Assembly: GCA_045803545.1 (NCBI GenBank)
Contig: JBJMOW010000005.1
Location: 928,001-992,000 of the forward strand
Length of the DNA: 64,000 nt
Reading direction: 5' to 3'
Source of the DNA: Gemmatimonadaceae bacterium
GTDB lineage: Bacteria; Gemmatimonadota; Gemmatimonadetes; Gemmatimonadales; Gemmatimonadaceae
Positions 1-10,202 of the stretch are shown one piece after another. Below the pieces are notes generated by a model. The model worked only from the letters and a program-made list of their open reading frames with translations, searched no databases and had not been told where the DNA came from. How positions within the stretch are numbered: position 1 is the first letter of the stretch; every line of letters begins with the position of its first letter. The translations under genes were made by a program, and so were the position numbers.

Positions 1-75
1 CGAGGTCAGAAATCGTGTCGTCATTCCGTCATGCTAAACGGCAGAGCATCTGCCGGTTGTCAACGTCCGGTAAAA

Positions 76-495
76 TCAGACGATGCGCATGTAGCGACAC
101 GAGTTGAATAACACCAGCGTCGTGATCGCGAGCGCGACGAGCGCCGAACCGAGCAGAACGAGCAGGTAACCAATCTGGGACGGAATGCGCTGGCGTGGTG
201 ACGCATCGATTCCGAAGAATGCGGCCGCCTGTCCGCGCGCCACGGCGAGCCCGGTGTTGATTGCGCTCCATCCGGTGGCGGCAACGATCGCGACCAGAAC
301 CCCCGCCTCGAACCAGAGGTAAAGCCGCAGGCCCCGCATGCGCCAGTGCGAAACGATGAATCGGTCGGCGGCTGAGAATCCGCTCAGATCCATCGCCAGC
401 GAGCCGCCAATCACCGCGATGGCGATGAAGGCCGCCATCCAGACGAGCAGCGTGCCCAAGCGGTTCTTGCCGAGTGGTGTAGCGAAAGTGCTCAT
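76..495 (-). CDS. Hypothetical membrane protein (about 3 TM helices)
   Basis: 139-aa ORF with three hydrophobic segments; promoter-like geometry directly upstream of the ATG. Confidence 0.7.
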   Translation of the reverse strand: MSTFATPLGKNRLGTLLVWMAAFIAIAVIGGSLAMDLSGFSAADRFIVSHWRMRGLRLYLWFEAGVLVAIVAATGWSAINTGLAVARGQAAAFFGIDASPRQRIPSQIGYLLVLLGSALVALAITTLVLFNSCRYMRIV

Positions 496-559
496 GTCTC
501 AAGGGTGACGAGCCCGCCACCCGCGTGCAACGTAAACTTTCCTCTGCTACATGCGTCCG

Positions 560-1678
560 CTAAGGCTCTACTCGCAGGTCCCTGGAATCAGGGAAGCGTC
601 CCGCGATCGCCCAGCCACCGAAGCGGTCAGTGACGACTATGGAGATTTCGTTTTGCCCCGCTCGCAGCGGCAGGAATACCGAGGCCTGGTCGAGCGATAT
701 CAGCCCGTCCCGTCTCCGCTCAAAGTCGTACGAATCATCGCGGTAAAAGATCGGGCTGCCGTTAAGAAACACTGTGACGCGGTCGCTGAAGCCGAGATCG
801 AGTCTGCGCATGCCGGCGCTTGCGGCGCTGACCCGAATGCGGGCGACCGCTCCGACATAACGCGCCACCTTCGGCATCGGCAGTTGCCGATGTAGCTCCA
901 CGAAGCCGTCTGGCTCGATCGGCAGAACCTGGACAGGCTTTACCCATTCCGGAGCGATTGATGTGATGGCGCTCTCCGGCGCCGCGAACGCGGGTCCGAC
1001 TTCCCATTTGCTGATTATGCCAGCCGGGACGGTCGGCGCTGCGGGTGCATTTGCGAAATCGTAAGCGATGACACCAGGCTGCACCCGCAAATTCGCGTAT
1101 CTGACGGCCGGTCCGTTGCCGGGTGTCCCTTGCGGGATAAATGAGCTAAGCGTGATGTAGCCGGCTTGCGGATCGCGTGCGAGGTGGGCAATCACCATCA
1201 TCGGCTTTAGAGTATCGCCGAGGAAAAACGCAGCGCGCCGGCCGGCGAGAACGATGCGCAGATGCTGCCAGGCATCTGGCACGATGTCGGGAGCGGCCGT
1301 ACCGCGCGGCCCCCAGTAGAGTTGCCACGCACTCTGGCCCTGATACGTCGGCGCGTACTGCACCGCGTCGGGCAGTCCGGCTTTATGCGGGCGCAGATAG
1401 AATTCTTCCTGTTCCCCTTCGTTCTGTACGCGAAAATTCAGATACACGAACGAGCGCCGACGTGAAGTCATGACGTCGACGTCGATGGTACCGTCTTCGA
1501 GCTTCATGTCGCGTCGCTCGGCGGCTCCGTTCTCGATCGTCAGAACCTGTCGGCCATCGAAAGACTCGACGCGCGCGTCACCGCTCAACTTCCATTGCGG
1601 ATCCGAGAAGGATATCTGCTGCGCGGCGACGCTAAACGCGGACAACGACAACGTCATCGCGGTTAGCGCGAGGCGCAT
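560..1678 (-). CDS. Secreted protein with DUF1080 / ConA-like beta-sandwich domain plus a second beta domain
   Basis: Signal peptide MRLALTAMTLSLSAFSVAAQ; beta-rich sequence with EEFYLRPH and WQHLRIVLAG; start could also be 1693. Confidence 0.65.
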   Translation of the reverse strand: MRLALTAMTLSLSAFSVAAQQISFSDPQWKLSGDARVESFDGRQVLTIENGAAERRDMKLEDGTIDVDVMTSRRRSFVYLNFRVQNEGEQEEFYLRPHKAGLPDAVQYAPTYQGQSAWQLYWGPRGTAAPDIVPDAWQHLRIVLAGRRAAFFLGDTLKPMMVIAHLARDPQAGYITLSSFIPQGTPGNGPAVRYANLRVQPGVIAYDFANAPAAPTVPAGIISKWEVGPAFAAPESAITSIAPEWVKPVQVLPIEPDGFVELHRQLPMPKVARYVGAVARIRVSAASAGMRRLDLGFSDRVTVFLNGSPIFYRDDSYDFERRRDGLISLDQASVFLPLRAGQNEISIVVTDRFGGWAIAGRFPDSRDLRVEP

Positions 1679-1786
1679 ATTCAATACGTACATGGAAAAG
1701 TCCTGGTGACGGATCGCAGACAATACCCGCCGAATTGGACAGCGGCCACAACTTGACTGGTTGCTTACAAGCTTGCTACCGGTTGT

Positions 1787-4700
1787 CTACGGCTGGGCGG
1801 GACGAGGCTTATCTGCGAAAGTGATCGGATGGCCGAACGACCACTGACTGTGCTCACGGTCCTTCTTTGTCGTTGCGATCATACTCTTGACCATCGGCAT
1901 CAGCTCGAGCTGCGCCGGAGTGAGTATCAGCGCAACCGTGTCTGGCTGCACCCAGAACACTTTCCAATACAGCTTGTCGGTGGCTTTCGCGGTGTCCAGC
2001 TCCGCCTTCCCCGCCGCGCCGGCACCCCGCGCCAGATAATCGCCAAGCGGGCGAAATAGCGCGCGCACCTGCACGGAGAAAGCTGAATCCGCTCGACTCA
2101 GCGCAGTCACCTGCGTTCGCGTCAGGAACAGCGAGTCGGTCTGCTCGAGAATGAGTTTGTAGACGTCCGATGTGTTCGACAGGTAGAACGCCGACAGTGA
2201 ATCAGCGGAGCGACGTTGCCAACCAAGCGAGCTCTTCACGGGCTCAACGGCGCGCCGCAATTGCTGGAGATCGAAATCGGTCGACAGCGACAGACGGAAG
2301 TCGATAACGATGCGGAACGGGGTCCGTAACAGGCTGTGCCCGGGCCGGGTATCAGCAAAGCGCGGATTGACATCGTAATTGAAGCGGCCGTTTGCCACGT
2401 CGAAGCTTCGCGGCGTGAGCAGAACCGGATTTGGCGATGCGGGTGAGCCCCACCCGCGCAAGTTGTCACCGTGGAAGGCCTGATCCAGACCGGCGAGCAC
2501 GTTCTGGAAATAGACCGAAGGCGTCACGCGGTTTCGCCACTTTCCGGGAATGGGCGGAGTCCACTGGATGTTGAGCGATTGGGTCCACGGGCCGCGACAG
2601 CTATTCCGCGGCACCACTCTCCCGAGATTCTCCCGAACACAATCGCGCGCCGACGACGAACCGCTGTTTAGCAGTGCGCGCAACTGATTGCCCAGCTCAG
2701 TATCGGATGTGGAGGCCGGATCCGGAATGAATGCGCGATCTCCGCTGCGGCCGTCTCCATTCACATCGCCCTGGACAATCGGCGTAAACGGCAATCCTGA
2801 CTGAGCACGGCCGAAGAGTGTGACGGTGCCAGTCTTGTCGGTCGAAAACGCCGTCGTCAAAACGAAGATGTGACGCGCATCGCTCGAGCTCGGCGCCCAT
2901 TCGCGCAATCGCGGATCGCCGAAGGCCGCGCCATCAAATCCGCGATACTGACGCTTGCTCGACTGCAGCGTATAAGCGAGTGAGCCGAAGAATGAGGCGC
3001 CGCCACGGAATTTGAATACGTCGGGAGCTATCGCGAGGTTCAGCTGCCCACCGTAACCACGCAGATCGCTTACGCGCACGCCAACGCTTCCGTATTGGTT
3101 TGATCGGCGTGATTCAACCGGCGAGACTGCTCCGCTGTTGGCGTCGATCGACGATGCTGATACGAACACCGGGCGGCCGGCCTCATCCGCCAGGCTCATG
3201 CGCGGAACGCCGTTGAAGTTCGCGTCGAACAAACCGGGCTGCGACAGGTCATATGACGCGAGCGTACCGACTCGATACAGAACTCCGTGCATGCTTGTGT
3301 TCCAGTCGAGCGACGCGCGCCAGCTGCGGGGCACGTCGTACGACGGATCGATCAGCGTTGCGGCGGGAGTCAGATCCGAGAGGGTGCCGTTGCCGCTTAC
3401 ACACTGCGACGGAATCGCTGACATATCCGCCGCGAACTGCGCCCAGTCAGGCTGCGGCACCGCGGCGCCGACGCAGTTCAGGAATGTGCTCCCATTGTTC
3501 AACCCGGTTGCCGCTGACGCATCGGCGAGAATGCCGGGCCGCAACAGATCGCGGAATTCGCCGATACCGCCGCGCAATGTGCCGGACATGTATCTGTAGT
3601 AACGGCCAGTCTGGTTCTGCATGGTGCCCTGGCCGTTATCCTTGTCGCGATTGTAGGTGAACGTGAACCCAACGCGCGGACTCACGTGAACGCGTGACGG
3701 CGCGGCGCCGGTGCGCACGCCGAGCGCTTGCTCGAGTGCGGTGTTTCGCGGTGGTGCAGTCCCGAAGCCATCGGCTTCGACGCGGGCACCGTATTGAACG
3801 TTGAAATAGCGAGTCGCGCCGAAGGTGTGTGCGAGCGCAGTCGCAGCGTTCCACACCGTACCTTCACGAGGCGGCGCCGTAAGCGTACGCGAAAACGTGC
3901 TCGCGTTTCCGGCGATAAAGTCGTCGATCGAGTTGAAGGTGTAATTGCCCAACGCGTTTCCAAAACCCTCCTCGCGCAGGCCATCAACGCGGCCCCATAG
4001 CAATCCGCGGAAACGATGGGTTCGACCGTGCGCATTCCACGCAGTGAGATTTCCAGCCTCGAGCGTCCAGCGGTTTTCTGTGGTTGGCAACGAGCCGCCG
4101 CCAAGAGTGAGGGATGTGACGTCGGTTCCATCGCCAAGGTTGTCGGATCGCACGAGCACGGTTGCGCCGGGCAACGTCTGATATGGCGAGGTCGTCGTTC
4201 TCACGCCGCTCAGCGCGAGACGAGTCTCGTTGAGAGTCCGATGTCCCGCGCCCATATACGCCCCAAAGGTCAGTTGTGCACCGAGGTTCCGCTCCCGTAT
4301 CTCGCTGGCAGTCGATGGCGCCGCGAGAGGGCCGAATCCCACCGCGCCGTCGCGAGTAAATCCGGCGTAGGTTGTGAGCGCGCGGGTCTGCAGAGAGTCA
4401 CGCGTGTCGTCGAAACGTCCGAGCCATGTGATCGCATCATGCACCCGACTACGCGGTACGTTGCTCCCGCCCACAGGAAGGCCGAGCGGTGTCGCGAATG
4501 CCAGCAGTCTCGACACGGAATCCGGCTCCACGCCGGCATTGAGCAATGCCTGGTCATCCGCGTTCAATAGCGTCGACGGATCGCTCAGCGATTTTGCGAC
4601 GTCGACAGCCACGTTGTATGTCATCGCCTGCCGTATCAGCTCACCGTTGGCGCCAAAGCTGCCTCTCGCTCCCCCACTCGGCGCGCCAAGCGCACGGCCA

Positions 4701-5488
4701 GTAGCGTCAGTGAACTGAAGTATTCTTGGGTCGAAGGTGAGGTAACCGTCGCGTCGTTGATAGAGCCGATCGCCGGGACCCAGTTGCACATCCACGTTAG
4801 TTCCCGAGAATCCGCCTCGAGTTACATCGTAAGTCGCACCGGTTACACGTGTCTCCGTGTGGGCGGCGCGCGGAATCACGCTCGCCGACATGCCGGTCCC
4901 GTTCAGCGTGTTCAGATTTGATTCAGATCCCGAGCCCAGGATGCTAGGACCTGTGCCGGTGACGGTGACGTTCGACATCGTGCCGGCAACGGCGTTGAGA
5001 TCTCCAGCGGTCGTCGGCGGGACCTGGCCGCTCACGCCGTTCTGCCATGACTCGGAGGAGCCAGGCTCCGGCTGTTGCGGGTGAATATCGATGTCGGCTC
5101 GCACCGGTTTGCGCCCTTCGATACGAACCGCGTCGAGACTGACAACGGGCGCGGGGTGCAGTACAAAATTCGCGACCAGCTCACGCTCGTCGGCTTGTCT
5201 TTGAACTCTCCGGCGAGCGGAGATGGATCCCGTCGCCGCTACGTAAACGAGATAGTCGCCGGTACCCTTGTCAAAGCGAACGCGATAATTGCCCGAGCTG
5301 TCGGTGCTAGTCTGCTGGATTGCGCGGTCGGGGCCGCGCGTGATCACGACAGTTGCGACGATTGCGCGCGAGGAATCGTCTGTGACGCGGCCGCGAAGTA
5401 CGTCGGCCGAATCCTGGCTCCGTGCTGCGCTTGAGAACGCGGAAAGAAAAAGGACGCCCGGTATCAGCGTTCTAACGAATCGCGGCAT
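1787..5488 (-). CDS. TonB-dependent receptor-like (Oar-type) outer membrane protein with N-terminal carboxypeptidase-regulatory-like domain
   Basis: Signal peptide; LRGRVTD...TDSSGNYRV N-domain; plug-like YDVTRGGFSG; amphipathic beta strands; SGLPFTP and GDVNGDG motifs. Confidence 0.8.
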   Translation of the reverse strand: MPRFVRTLIPGVLFLSAFSSAARSQDSADVLRGRVTDDSSRAIVATVVITRGPDRAIQQTSTDSSGNYRVRFDKGTGDYLVYVAATGSISARRRVQRQADERELVANFVLHPAPVVSLDAVRIEGRKPVRADIDIHPQQPEPGSSESWQNGVSGQVPPTTAGDLNAVAGTMSNVTVTGTGPSILGSGSESNLNTLNGTGMSASVIPRAAHTETRVTGATYDVTRGGFSGTNVDVQLGPGDRLYQRRDGYLTFDPRILQFTDATGRALGAPSGGARGSFGANGELIRQAMTYNVAVDVAKSLSDPSTLLNADDQALLNAGVEPDSVSRLLAFATPLGLPVGGSNVPRSRVHDAITWLGRFDDTRDSLQTRALTTYAGFTRDGAVGFGPLAAPSTASEIRERNLGAQLTFGAYMGAGHRTLNETRLALSGVRTTTSPYQTLPGATVLVRSDNLGDGTDVTSLTLGGGSLPTTENRWTLEAGNLTAWNAHGRTHRFRGLLWGRVDGLREEGFGNALGNYTFNSIDDFIAGNASTFSRTLTAPPREGTVWNAATALAHTFGATRYFNVQYGARVEADGFGTAPPRNTALEQALGVRTGAAPSRVHVSPRVGFTFTYNRDKDNGQGTMQNQTGRYYRYMSGTLRGGIGEFRDLLRPGILADASAATGLNNGSTFLNCVGAAVPQPDWAQFAADMSAIPSQCVSGNGTLSDLTPAATLIDPSYDVPRSWRASLDWNTSMHGVLYRVGTLASYDLSQPGLFDANFNGVPRMSLADEAGRPVFVSASSIDANSGAVSPVESRRSNQYGSVGVRVSDLRGYGGQLNLAIAPDVFKFRGGASFFGSLAYTLQSSKRQYRGFDGAAFGDPRLREWAPSSSDARHIFVLTTAFSTDKTGTVTLFGRAQSGLPFTPIVQGDVNGDGRSGDRAFIPDPASTSDTELGNQLRALLNSGSSSARDCVRENLGRVVPRNSCRGPWTQSLNIQWTPPIPGKWRNRVTPSVYFQNVLAGLDQAFHGDNLRGWGSPASPNPVLLTPRSFDVANGRFNYDVNPRFADTRPGHSLLRTPFRIVIDFRLSLSTDFDLQQLRRAVEPVKSSLGWQRRSADSLSAFYLSNTSDVYKLILEQTDSLFLTRTQVTALSRADSAFSVQVRALFRPLGDYLARGAGAAGKAELDTAKATDKLYWKVFWVQPDTVALILTPAQLELMPMVKSMIATTKKDREHSQWSFGHPITFADKPRPAQP

Positions 5489-5631
5489 CACCCAGTCCCG
5501 TACGGGTCGGAAATCGAATTGTTTCGCGCGAACGTAGTCGCGCGCACTCACAATTTGACGGGATTTCCGGGAAAAGGGTTGACTACTGATCCCGGTGAAG
5601 GGTCAGGCCATCCCCTGGGTATCGCCGAGGG

Positions 5632-6078
5632 TCAGGCGAAACGCGGATGCAATGCCGATTGGTTGCGCGCCGGGAAATGCACGATCTCGAGCTCGAACCT
5701 TACTGGATGCCTCAGCCATTCCTCGGCGTCACCACGACTCTGAAACGCGCGCACCGTGACGCTCCCCTGATCGGTCATGGCTTCGATCATCCGCGCTTTG
5801 CCGAAGTCGGACGCGTTGTGTGTCACGATCGCCCACGCATGATTGCCAACCTGATCCGCGAGAACCTGCAGAAAGTAGACTGCGTCGCGCAGGTACTCGA
5901 CGTCGGCAGTGTTGGGAGTGCCGGGTTTGCGATCCCAAATGAAGTTCATTCCTGCTTCAAATGCGGAATCAGCGACCGCGCGCTCGACGACTTCACGCAG
6001 CTGCGTGAGAGTCGGAAAATCGTCCCAGTACAGCGAGACGAGTCGGCGGCCAGCGTCGATGGTATAGACGGGATCCAT
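5632..6078 (-). CDS. STAS/SpoIIAA-like small alpha/beta protein
   Basis: Pattern FIWD...AIVT...FGKARM...VRAFQSRGDAEEWL typical of SpoIIAA-like proteins; start could be 6108. Confidence 0.6.
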   Translation of the reverse strand: MDPVYTIDAGRRLVSLYWDDFPTLTQLREVVERAVADSAFEAGMNFIWDRKPGTPNTADVEYLRDAVYFLQVLADQVGNHAWAIVTHNASDFGKARMIEAMTDQGSVTVRAFQSRGDAEEWLRHPVRFELEIVHFPARNQSALHPRFA

Positions 6079-6207
6079 GACGATCCTTGGATGTTTGTAA
6101 CCGTACATGGCAAGATGTCCGCCAGATCAGATGTTGCATTTGCGACATTTCGGGCGTTTTCCTGCTCGTTGGTCGAAGCAAGATGTGACTTTTTCTATCG
6201 ATGCCAG

Positions 6208-7554
6208 TTACGTCAGCGCCCGCTTCACCGCTTTGGCAGCTGCTCTCCCGCTACCGATAGCTCCGTTCACCGTGCCATTCCGGCCTTTGGCGTCTGCCGC
6301 TTCGCCAGCGAACCAGAGAGTGCCTTGGATCCCACGCGCAAGTTGCGCGGCCGCGTTCATGCCGCCGACCATCGAATAGCTGTAAGCGCCGCGGGCAAAC
6401 GGGTCCATGTTCCAGTCATGGGTCCACATCTCCACGACCTGCGATTCCACTCGACGCGTGCTGACACGAAGGTTTCTTGCGAGCGCTGCGATGGCCCGAT
6501 CTCTCTTCTCTTCGTACGGCTTCCCCGCGAGTCGCAACGCCGCTGGACCACCTGCCCAACCGACCATCGCCGGCAGATGCGCGGGATAGAGCGTCCACCA
6601 AACCGGATAGTCCTCTGAATCTCCGTAGAGAAAACTGAGATTCTCCAGCGATCCACCCTTGGGCATCGATGGCAATTTCTCAGTCCACCACCGCTCACGG
6701 AAAAGAAACACTGCGCGCTGCACTGACCCGGTCGTGAGCCTGCCGTGCATTTTCTCCAGAATGGGGGGCATCGGGTCGAACGCGATCGGGCCAGACTCAC
6801 CAGGCGGGCAGAAAACCACCGCCAGTGGCGCAGTAACGATCGCTGCACGCGCATTCACAACTACGGAGCGTCGGGCGCGGTCACGCGCCGAGATCGAGAC
6901 GCGGTGCTGCTCCCATTCGATGGACTCGACGATAGTCTCGGTCAGGATTTGTGACTCCTGACCACTCGCGAGCCAGCGCGTTACTCCGTCGTAGCCTCCA
7001 GGAATGCGCATGATGCGCTGTTCCTCCGGATCCTCACTCGGCGCGCCTCCGTCAGCGAGCGCCTTGGCGCTGATCTTCCGCGGCTGCGCCGCGTGGAATC
7101 CCTCGACGAACTGTTTCGCGAGGGTCCTTGCTTCACCCGCGCTTTTCCCACCCGGCTCGCGCTCGAGAAATTCCTCGAACGATTCGTCGGATCCGGATTC
7201 GGGGAGATAGCGCATTACCTTGTGCAGCTCTCTCCAATAATCGGCTGCCTTTGCGAGCCTTTTGCCGCGCGGACGCCACCGGTCGCCTTCGATAATGAAC
7301 GGAGTGAGACCGGCTTCATCGGCTAGATCGACCAGCTCCGGAGCGCTGCCATGAATGAACTCCGCTCCGAGCTCGATACCGTGCGGCAGGCGCTCGTCGT
7401 GCAGTGTGTACATGCGGCCGCCGATGCGATCGCGTCCCTCGAGCACGCACGCACTAAGGCCGGCATCCGTGAGCGCCCGCAATGCTGCGAGACCGGCCAC
7501 ACCGGCACCGACGATTGCCACATCGACGTTGACGGGCCGATCGCTGTCAATCAC
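6208..7554 (-). CDS. Flavin monoamine oxidase family protein
   Basis: IVGAGVAGL FAD motif, EGRDRIGGR, ELGAEFIHG, RGAYS, WFAGEA, GTVNGAIGSG. Confidence 0.92.
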   Translation of the reverse strand: MIDSDRPVNVDVAIVGAGVAGLAALRALTDAGLSACVLEGRDRIGGRMYTLHDERLPHGIELGAEFIHGSAPELVDLADEAGLTPFIIEGDRWRPRGKRLAKAADYWRELHKVMRYLPESGSDESFEEFLEREPGGKSAGEARTLAKQFVEGFHAAQPRKISAKALADGGAPSEDPEEQRIMRIPGGYDGVTRWLASGQESQILTETIVESIEWEQHRVSISARDRARRSVVVNARAAIVTAPLAVVFCPPGESGPIAFDPMPPILEKMHGRLTTGSVQRAVFLFRERWWTEKLPSMPKGGSLENLSFLYGDSEDYPVWWTLYPAHLPAMVGWAGGPAALRLAGKPYEEKRDRAIAALARNLRVSTRRVESQVVEMWTHDWNMDPFARGAYSYSMVGGMNAAAQLARGIQGTLWFAGEAADAKGRNGTVNGAIGSGRAAAKAVKRALT

Positions 7555-9089
7555 TTCTGGCCATCCGGCAGATACGCCCGCACCGTATCGATGGTATCAG
7601 CTTCCGATGGGTTCTTGTCCGGACGATAGCCTTTGACGCGCGCGAAGCGCAGCGCGACGCCGCCCGGGTAGTGCGGACTCTTCTGCACTTCGTTGAACGC
7701 GATCTCGACCACCAGCTCCGGCCTGACGTGCACGATGTGCCCCTCCCGCCTCACTTCACGCGCCTGGAATTCCTTTGTCTGCCACTCGAGAATCTCGTCG
7801 GTCATACCTTTGAACGTCTTGCCGAGCATGACGAAGCCGCCCGTAACGGGATCGCGTGCGCCGAGGTGAATGTTGCTTAGCCAGCCTTGACGCCTGCCGG
7901 ATCCCCATTCGACCGCCAGCACGACGAGATCGAGCGTGCGCGCAGTTTTGACTTTGATCCACGCCGATCCACGCCGGCCCGCCGCGTACGGCGCTGACAC
8001 GGACTTCACCATCACGCCCTCGTGCCCGCGGGCGAGTGCTTCGGACTGGAAGCTCTGACCTTCCTCTACCGACGCTGTCACGATGCGTGGCACCCTGAAT
8101 TCGTTTCCGGAGATCTGGTCGAGCCGCTCGATACGCTGCGACAAGGGATGATCGATCAGACTTTCGCCGTCGTGCAGCAGCAGGTCGAAGAAGAACGGAG
8201 TAAGCGGGAGCTCGTCGCGCAACTTCTCGACATTGATTCGTCGTCCAAAGCGGCGCATGGTGTCCTGGAACGAGGCCGGTCTGCCATCCGCCCCAAGCGA
8301 GATCACTTCGCCATCCAGAATCAGCTCGCGCCCACCCAACCGCTTGACCGCTGCGACGACCTCAGGAACTGCGTTGGTGACTTCGTTCAGGTTGCGGGTG
8401 TAGACCGCGACCTGGTCATCCCGTCGGTGCACCTGGATACGCGCGCCGTCGAGCTTCCATTCGACGGCGAATGGTCCGCCCTCACTGAACGCTTCTTCAA
8501 TGTTCGACGCGGAATCAGCGAGCATCGGCTGTACGGGCCGGAACACTTCGAGCTGATACTGCGCGAGCAGGGCTTCGCGATCTTCGCCGAGCGCGGCCTG
8601 CGCGACTGTCGCCAGATCGCCGGCCATCATCGCCGCGCGCCGGATCTTGTGTGACTGCATCCCACTCGCCTTGGCGACAGCCTCGAGCATCACACCCTCG
8701 AGTGCTCCCTGTCTGACTTCGCCGACCAGCAGGCCGCCCAGAAAAACCTGCTCTTCCTCAGTCGCGCGCGCGAAAAGCTCGCCGAGTATTCGCGCTCGCT
8801 CCGCTCCCGAATTCTTGCCGCGAACTTTGGTTAGCGCGGACAAGACGCTGTCGACATCCGTCAGCTCCAGACCCGGCGAAGTTGCGGGAGTTCCTCGCGC
8901 CGAGGAAATCGTCGACCACCCAACGCCAACCTTGCCCTGCCTCGGCCAGCCAATCAGGAATCCGACGGCGATCGGAACTTCGTCAGTCGAAAGGCGCGAC
9001 AGCAGCCCGGCGAGCTTCGAAATTTTTTCGAGGCGGCCGGACGTCGCAGCGACCGAGGCTGACACCTCCACCAGCTCCGCGAGCTTCAT
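7551..9089 (-). CDS. ligB: ATP-dependent DNA ligase (LigB-like)
   Basis: PMLA, EWKLDGARIQ (KxDG), LDGE, EGVMVK, WIKVK, ALRFARV motifs. Confidence 0.93.
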   Translation of the reverse strand: MKLAELVEVSASVAATSGRLEKISKLAGLLSRLSTDEVPIAVGFLIGWPRQGKVGVGWSTISSARGTPATSPGLELTDVDSVLSALTKVRGKNSGAERARILGELFARATEEEQVFLGGLLVGEVRQGALEGVMLEAVAKASGMQSHKIRRAAMMAGDLATVAQAALGEDREALLAQYQLEVFRPVQPMLADSASNIEEAFSEGGPFAVEWKLDGARIQVHRRDDQVAVYTRNLNEVTNAVPEVVAAVKRLGGRELILDGEVISLGADGRPASFQDTMRRFGRRINVEKLRDELPLTPFFFDLLLHDGESLIDHPLSQRIERLDQISGNEFRVPRIVTASVEEGQSFQSEALARGHEGVMVKSVSAPYAAGRRGSAWIKVKTARTLDLVVLAVEWGSGRRQGWLSNIHLGARDPVTGGFVMLGKTFKGMTDEILEWQTKEFQAREVRREGHIVHVRPELVVEIAFNEVQKSPHYPGGVALRFARVKGYRPDKNPSEADTIDTVRAYLPDGQK

Positions 9090-9428
9090 CTATTTCGGCC
9101 GCCACTGATAAGTCGCCAGCGGAATACGGCCGCGCGCATCGAAGCGAATGCCTTCCCGCTCGAGCAGTCTTCGCTGCCACGTGCCGTTCTCGCCCGGAAT
9201 GCTAATTTCGCCCTTGGCGTTGACGACGCGTTGCCACGGCACTGAAGAGCCGGTCGGCAGCGCGTGCATCGCGTAACCAATCAGCCGTGCCTGACCGGGC
9301 AGGCCGGCAAGTCGCGCGATCTGGCCGTAGGTGGCGACGCGTCCCTTCGGGATGCGCTCGACAACCTGGTGGATGCGTTGATGCAGCCCCGGTTCAGACT
9401 CGTCGGTGTTGTGAATGAGTGTGCTCAT
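9090..9428 (-). CDS. Alkyltransferase-like (ATL / MGMT-family) DNA damage recognition protein
   Basis: IPKGRVATYGQIA and PWQRVV (Trp replaces the catalytic Cys); ATGA overlap with the upstream stop. Confidence 0.88.
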   Translation of the reverse strand: MSTLIHNTDESEPGLHQRIHQVVERIPKGRVATYGQIARLAGLPGQARLIGYAMHALPTGSSVPWQRVVNAKGEISIPGENGTWQRRLLEREGIRFDARGRIPLATYQWRPK

Positions 9429-10141
9429 TTCTGGTCGGTGAATGCGCCACTCGATTTCCCGCGCGGAAGTTCCGACACCGCCCAGGCGCAGAGTGATTTG
9501 TCGGCGTACGATCCGCCTTCCTCGTCGCACTCTTCCACGATCGTGAGCAGCGGCTTGGGAAATAGGAACGGGGCCGCCTCAAAGTCGAGCGGCCGCCAAT
9601 CGCCATCATCGACATCCTTGTTCTCACCGCGACCTGGAAACGCGGTCATCAGGATGTAGCGGATATTTGCCCGGCACACGTTCTCCACCACCCGCGCGAT
9701 GTTCGCATAAGAAAGATGGACGAGACAATCGCGACAAAGCAGCACGTCGGCGTCTGGCAACACGTCGCTGGTGAGATCGAGCTCAATGAACTCGCGCCCC
9801 CCGCGCGCATAATCCTGTCGATTGGACTCGACGATCGAGCGAACGATGTCAGCGCCGATATACTCGATCCCCGACAGATCGACGTGGTCCATCCAGGCAA
9901 AATCCCCACACGGGGCGTCCAGCAAAACTCGGGTGTCGAGCTCGCGCAGCGCGTCGGGCAGTTTCTCGCGCAGCACACGAGTCGAGTCGAGGCTCGAGCC
10001 GGTCCCCGAACGAGTCTCCGGGTCGGACCAGAGATTGGTGTGATAGATCCGCTCGAACCGCGCTTGCAGTCCGAGCTTCGACAGTTCCTGTCGCTGCTCC
10101 GCAAATCGCCGCTCGGCGATGGTGATCGCTCGCTTCCGCAT
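9425..10141 (-). CDS. Class I SAM-dependent methyltransferase
   Basis: SGTGS, LLDAPCGD, YIGADIV, LLCRDCLVHL motifs. Confidence 0.85.
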   Translation of the reverse strand: MRKRAITIAERRFAEQRQELSKLGLQARFERIYHTNLWSDPETRSGTGSSLDSTRVLREKLPDALRELDTRVLLDAPCGDFAWMDHVDLSGIEYIGADIVRSIVESNRQDYARGGREFIELDLTSDVLPDADVLLCRDCLVHLSYANIARVVENVCRANIRYILMTAFPGRGENKDVDDGDWRPLDFEAAPFLFPKPLLTIVEECDEEGGSYADKSLCAWAVSELPRGKSSGAFTDQK

Positions 10142-10202
10142 ACTATATAAAGGTAGCAAAGGCGGTTGACGGCCCGCCCGTCGGGAATCAAACTCGTGCT
10201 CC

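Noticed and set aside
5599..5637. 10-bp direct repeat AGGGTCAGGC
   Set aside because: Too short, with nothing mobile between the copies
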